The position numbers and the translations under genes were made by a program. A stretch of 64,000 bases of DNA from an uncultured cyanobacterium (GTDB lineage: Bacteria; Cyanobacteriota; Cyanobacteriia; Phormidesmidales; Phormidesmidaceae): positions 128,001-192,000 of the forward strand of contig CAWBZI010000005.1 of assembly GCA_963793265.1 (NCBI GenBank). Reading direction: 5' to 3'. Positions 59,976 through 64,000 of the stretch are shown in pieces. Every line of letters begins with the position of its first letter. Position 1 is the stretch's first letter. The notes beneath the pieces were generated by a model. That model made no database searches and was not told the origin of the DNA. It worked only from the letters and a program-made list of their open reading frames with translations.

Positions 59976-60863
59976 ATGGCACCATCAGCATTAAGCCGAC
60001 AGCAGCCTACTATGATTGGGTTTACGGCCATTTTGATGTGGGCGACATTGGGGCTACTGACCAAGCTAAGCGGGGAGATACCGCCCTTTCAGCTCACGGC
60101 CATGTCGTTTACGATCGCCTTTACAATCGGGATAGCGACTTGGATACGAAGTGGGGAGAATCCACTGCACTTGATAAAGCTGCCTAAGAGAGTTTGGGCT
60201 ACCGGAATTACCGGACTATTCGGCTATCATCTTTTTTACTTTGTTGCTTTGGCTAATGCGCCTGTCGTTGAGGCCGGATTGATTGCCTACTTGTGGCCTT
60301 TGTTGATTGTGTTGCTTTCTGCTTTGTTGCCGGGTGAGCGGCTGAGGTGGTTTCATGTGGTGGGTGCGATCGCTGGCTTCATCGGCGTGTCTCTATTGGT
60401 CACAAAAGGCCAGTCCTTAACTCTCGATCCTCAATACACCATAGGCTATGTAGCAGCCTTCTCCTGCGCCCTCATCTGGTCAATCTATTCAATCGTATCT
60501 CGTCAGTTCGGCACGATTTCAACCAGCGCAGTCGGTGGATTTTGTGGGGCAACAGCTATTCTCTCCTGGGTTTTCCACGTTCTGTTTGAAGCGACTGTTT
60601 GGCCTGTAGGCTGGCAGTGGGTGGCCGTTATCTGCTTAGGGCTTGGGCCAGTCGGGCTCGCCTTTTTCACCTGGGACTACGGCGTCAAGCATGGCAACAT
60701 CAAAGTGTTAGGGCTCCTTTCCTATCTCTCTCCTTTACTGTCCACTATCTTGCTTATTGTCTGTGGGCTTGCTGAATCTAGCTGGTTTGTGTGGTTGGGC
60801 TGTTTGCTCATAGTCGGCGGCGCACTGCTGGGCGTTCTAGATTTTTTTAAGTCAGATATTTAG
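59976..60863 (+). CDS. EamA/DMT exporter (YddG-like)
   Basis: PPFQL.A, GLFGYH..YF.AL, IAYLWPLLIV, AFF.WDYG.K.G. Confidence 0.88.
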   Translation: MAPSALSRQQPTMIGFTAILMWATLGLLTKLSGEIPPFQLTAMSFTIAFTIGIATWIRSGENPLHLIKLPKRVWATGITGLFGYHLFYFVALANAPVVEAGLIAYLWPLLIVLLSALLPGERLRWFHVVGAIAGFIGVSLLVTKGQSLTLDPQYTIGYVAAFSCALIWSIYSIVSRQFGTISTSAVGGFCGATAILSWVFHVLFEATVWPVGWQWVAVICLGLGPVGLAFFTWDYGVKHGNIKVLGLLSYLSPLLSTILLIVCGLAESSWFVWLGCLLIVGGALLGVLDFFKSDI

Positions 60864-60869
60864 AGCTAA

Positions 60870-61031
60870 GGGACATGCGTCTAAATAAAGTACCGCTGAT
60901 AGCGCTGTTCATTGCCTCGGGCATAGCAGTGCTAAGCCCCTACAGAAATTGACGGTGACGTAGGGGCTTAGCACGCTATGCCCAGGGCAATATTTGTCGG
61001 TTTGCCGGTACTTTATTTGAGCGCAGCTCCC
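60870..61031 (-). mobile_element. 162-bp MITE, copy 2
   Basis: Exact reverse complement of 51484-51645; TAA on both sides. Confidence 0.85.
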
Positions 61032-61212
61032 TAATTGCAAAGACGGCTACGACGAAGAGGCGCGGAGTCGAGACTTTTATAAGTCGGGTGATGACAAAAT
61101 TGTTTTTTGTAAGGCGATCGCATCTCTACCATCAAACTGAGCAACGATAGCAATATCATTTACAATTAAGTCTCAGCATAGTATCGAATCAGTAAAGATA
61201 ACGCTTGCCACG

Positions 61213-61539
61213 ATGATTAAACTAGAACCTTTTATATATGAGCGACTGACTGCAAAACCAGCTCAAATCCGTGAGTTCTGTCAGCGCTGGAAAATCAATG
61301 AAATGGCGCTATTCGGTTCGGTTCTTCGGAGCGACTTTCGGTTAGACAGCGACATTGACGTTTTAGTTGATTTTGCTAAAAATGCTGAGTGGAACCTATT
61401 TGACTACGTTCATATGCAAGATAAGCTAGGCACTATCTTTAAGCGAAAAGTCGATATTGCAGAGGAACGCGGACTGACGAACCCTTACAGAAGACGTGCC
61501 ATTCTAAGCACTTGCCAAAGCATCTACACAGCCGAATAA
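61213..61539 (+). CDS. Minimal nucleotidyltransferase (MNT/MntA-type antitoxin)
   Basis: LFGS..R.DF..DSDIDVLV, R.VD. Confidence 0.88.
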   Translation: MIKLEPFIYERLTAKPAQIREFCQRWKINEMALFGSVLRSDFRLDSDIDVLVDFAKNAEWNLFDYVHMQDKLGTIFKRKVDIAEERGLTNPYRRRAILSTCQSIYTAE

Positions 61540-61676
61540 CGAGTGTGGCTTGATGAATTTTATTGTACCGATTCGTAGTGTGCTTAAAAAATACCGCTGC
61601 GGGTGCCGAGCACAATTGCAAAGAGCAACAGAGCGCTATAATCTTCAAGAACACAGCAAAACTTAAATAAACTCAC

Positions 61677-61877
61677 ATGAGCAATCTTCAGAAGATTGAG
61701 TCTGCCGTTAGTCAGCTTTCTTTAGACGAGCTAGCAACCTTCAGAGAGTGGTTTGCGAAGTTTGATGCAAAGCAGTGGGATCAGCAATTTGAGCAAGACG
61801 TTGCAGCAGGTCGGCTAGATAAACTAGCGGCAAAGGCAATTGAGCACCTAAAGCAAGGCCGCTGTACTGATTTGTAA
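61677..61877 (+). CDS. Small antitoxin-like protein
   Basis: IE.AV.QL...EL..FREWF..FD...WD.QFE.D...GRLD.LA pattern, usually seen next to RelE/ParE-type toxins. Confidence 0.65.
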   Translation: MSNLQKIESAVSQLSLDELATFREWFAKFDAKQWDQQFEQDVAAGRLDKLAAKAIEHLKQGRCTDL

Positions 61878-61910
61878 GGTGCGTTTAGAAACGACGATAT
61901 CTCCTCTGCC

Positions 61911-62432
61911 TTACAGCTCCAAAGACATCCACTTAGCCTGCGACTGATAGCCAAGCTGCGTATACAAATTCATCGCCGCCTCGTTGTCTTCAAACACTTG
62001 CAGACTAATCTGCGTATACCCTGCCTGCTTCGCCCAACAGCGAGCATGATTCATCAGCGCCTTTGCCAGTCCCTTTTTCCGATGTGCAGGCGCAACATAT
62101 AGCAAAAAAACATACGCCTGCTTACCTCCCGTGCGCTGATCGATCGCTTCGCCCATCCACAAACAGCCTACCGGATCAAGGCCAGTATGAATGCCAGGAA
62201 GCCCAGCCGGTAGCGCAGTCGCTTTGTTGTCTATGAGCCACCAAAGTTTAGAAGTAGAAGACAGATGGCGCTGAACGGTGTCAGCTAAATGTGCGCCCGT
62301 GCTGGAAGAAGTGCCCGCCTTGCCCTCGTTCATATCGCGATAGGCCCGCTGCATAAACTTGACAAGGCGAGCCCTCTGTAAAGATGAGCCCGCCTCAATT
62401 CGATAGTTTTCAATTGGAAAAGGATCGGCCAC
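61911..62432 (-). CDS. GNAT family acetyltransferase
   Basis: YV.P.HR..G.A..LM and N..A..LY..LGY. Confidence 0.88.
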   Translation of the reverse strand: MADPFPIENYRIEAGSSLQRARLVKFMQRAYRDMNEGKAGTSSSTGAHLADTVQRHLSSTSKLWWLIDNKATALPAGLPGIHTGLDPVGCLWMGEAIDQRTGGKQAYVFLLYVAPAHRKKGLAKALMNHARCWAKQAGYTQISLQVFEDNEAAMNLYTQLGYQSQAKWMSLEL

Positions 62433-62623
62433 TAGGAGAAGATAGTCGCTGAAGTAGCCAGAGAAGTAGTCGGTGAAGCAGGTAGTGCAGAGATGGGTTC
62501 TTCAATCGGGGCTGGGGCCATCATGTCGCTGGGTAGGAAAATGCGAGCGCTAACGGCCACTAAGGCCACCGCGAAGATAAGCACGATAAACAGCGGTGCA
62601 ATGTACTGGCGAAAGAAACCCAT
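62432..62623 (-). CDS. Small conserved cyanobacterial membrane protein
   Basis: FRQY.APL...L.F..AL.AVSAR.FLP.DM.APAP. Confidence 0.7.
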   Translation of the reverse strand: MGFFRQYIAPLFIVLIFAVALVAVSARIFLPSDMMAPAPIEEPISALPASPTTSLATSATIFS

Positions 62624-62671
62624 GGCAGTTAGTTAAAGTTGAGTGAGCGTTCTTATTATTCTATCGCCGTT

Positions 62672-64000
62672 TTAGCCATCTTCAGTGCCGGGCCTGCCGA
62701 CCGGGAAGTTGGGCCGCTTATTGAGCTGACGCAGCCAGTAGCCGCCTACCACGGCCATAATCAAAGACACCCAGGCCGTAACCTGTTGAAACAGCAGGAA
62801 TCCACCCACGGTAAACATTGAGCCAAAGAGCAGCAGTAGCGACGCCAGCACTTTTTGAATATCCAGCTTCAAATTTTGCGCAGGCAACAGCCCCGTGCGC
62901 TCCCTTTGCCGCTTCCAGCCAGCGCCACCCGGACGCACTTTCGTGTAAAAAGCATCCAGGGTTTCATCACTCTCCGGTGGCGTTATCAGCATTGCAACGA
63001 CCCAAAACACGCTCGTGATTAGAGAAGTTACTAGCAGCCTTTGCCCAAAGTTTTCAATCGTGAGCACGGGCACGACGCTGGTCAAAAAGCCCACAATGAA
63101 GCCGCCCAGCATCGCTGCTAGCTCAGCCGCCGCATTGATTCGCCACCAAAACCAGCGCAAAATCAGCACCAGTCCGGGGCCAGTACCAATCGCAATTACC
63201 AGGCGGAATACAGTGGCAACATCGGTCGCAATAAAAGCGGCCCCTGCACCTAAGATCGTAACTAAAATAGACGCAATTCGCGCGGCAAAAACGAGTTCAC
63301 CTTGGGTCGCGTTCGGACTGATAAATCGCCCGTATAGGTCGTTAGTAAGGTAAGAAGCGCCCCAGTTAATCAGCGTTGAAACCGTGCTCATGAAAGCCGC
63401 AACCAGAGAAGCGACCACTAAGCCAAGCAAAATCGGCGGCAAATAGTCGAGCATTAATAGCGGATAGCCCAGCTCGCGATCTTCTAGGTTGGGATAGATG
63501 ACCACCGCCGCCATTGCCACGATAATCCAGGGCCAAGTGCGAATGACGTAGTGCAAGATGTTAAAGAACCAAGCGGCCTTTTCTGCCTCCGCTTCCGTTT
63601 TAGAAGCCGCTAAGCGCTGCACAAATTCGCCGCCACCATCGCTCCGCCGGAACGACCACCACTGCAACAGAACGTAGGCCAAAAACGTACTTGAGGGAAT
63701 TCCGGCTAAAGCGCTCCACTCAATGCCGCCGTTAAAGCTCACGGGGATAAAGCTAAGCATGTCTGGATTAGTAGCAGCGGTGAACTGATCGACTAAGGGC
63801 CGCATTCCACCGACAGAGTTAACCGCAGCAACGGCCACAATAATCGCCCCAATCAGGGCCAGGAAAAACTGAAAAAAGTCAGTCGCCACCACGCCCCAAA
63901 GGCCGGAAAATCCGGCATACAGCAACACCAGCGCACTAATGCCGATCACGCTCCACAGCTTGAGATTGCCATCGCCAGGGTCTATGCCTACGCTCTCCCA
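62672..64000 (-). CDS. Sodium:solute symporter family protein, C-terminal part (5' end outside window)
   Basis: SGLWGVV.TD..QF, QR..A.K, AAFMST; frame open to position 64000. Confidence 0.9.
   Translation of the reverse strand, partial: WESVGIDPGDGNLKLWSVIGISALVLLYAGFSGLWGVVATDFFQFFLALIGAIIVAVAAVNSVGGMRPLVDQFTAATNPDMLSFIPVSFNGGIEWSALAGIPSSTFLAYVLLQWWSFRRSDGGGEFVQRLAASKTEAEAEKAAWFFNILHYVIRTWPWIIVAMAAVVIYPNLEDRELGYPLLMLDYLPPILLGLVVASLVAAFMSTVSTLINWGASYLTNDLYGRFISPNATQGELVFAARIASILVTILGAGAAFIATDVATVFRLVIAIGTGPGLVLILRWFWWRINAAAELAAMLGGFIVGFLTSVVPVLTIENFGQRLLVTSLITSVFWVVAMLITPPESDETLDAFYTKVRPGGAGWKRQRERTGLLPAQNLKLDIQKVLASLLLLFGSMFTVGGFLLFQQVTAWVSLIMAVVGGYWLRQLNKRPNFPVGRPGTEDG

Noticed and set aside
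1..64000. Abundant GCGATCGC octamers as a novel repeat
   Set aside because: This is the well-known cyanobacterial HIP1 sequence.

Overview
Cyanobacterial chromosome segment. Evidence: the HIP1 octamer GCGATCGC is very frequent, and rpaB, a PTPA-CTERM protein and other cyanobacterial families are present. Core genes are the plsX-fabH-fabD-plsC operon, rpaB, radA, an intact intein-free dnaE, an RND efflux pair and tRNA-Arg(TCT); several toxin-antitoxin genes are scattered among them. Most notable accessory features: (1) a ~9.2 kb block between two identical 162-bp MITEs, encoding a single-module A-T-R NRPS-like enzyme, a coupled membrane protein, a dCache hybrid kinase with an altered amino-acid-binding motif, a divergent REC-kinase and an EamA exporter, which together suggest a synthesize/export/sense signalling cassette; (2) a twice-repeated unit of promoter + ~220-nt structured leader + 82-aa ORF, plus a third partial copy fused to a toxin-like domain; (3) a 21-bp-periodic array of dyad sites upstream of a basic 128-aa protein; (4) a restriction-nuclease-like/ParA fusion with a degenerate ParB-like partner; (5) a 627-aa acidic 17-residue-repeat protein lacking K, H, C and Y. 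Two genes are split by single-base insertions, which may be assembly errors. All family calls come from motif recognition by eye; no database searches were run.
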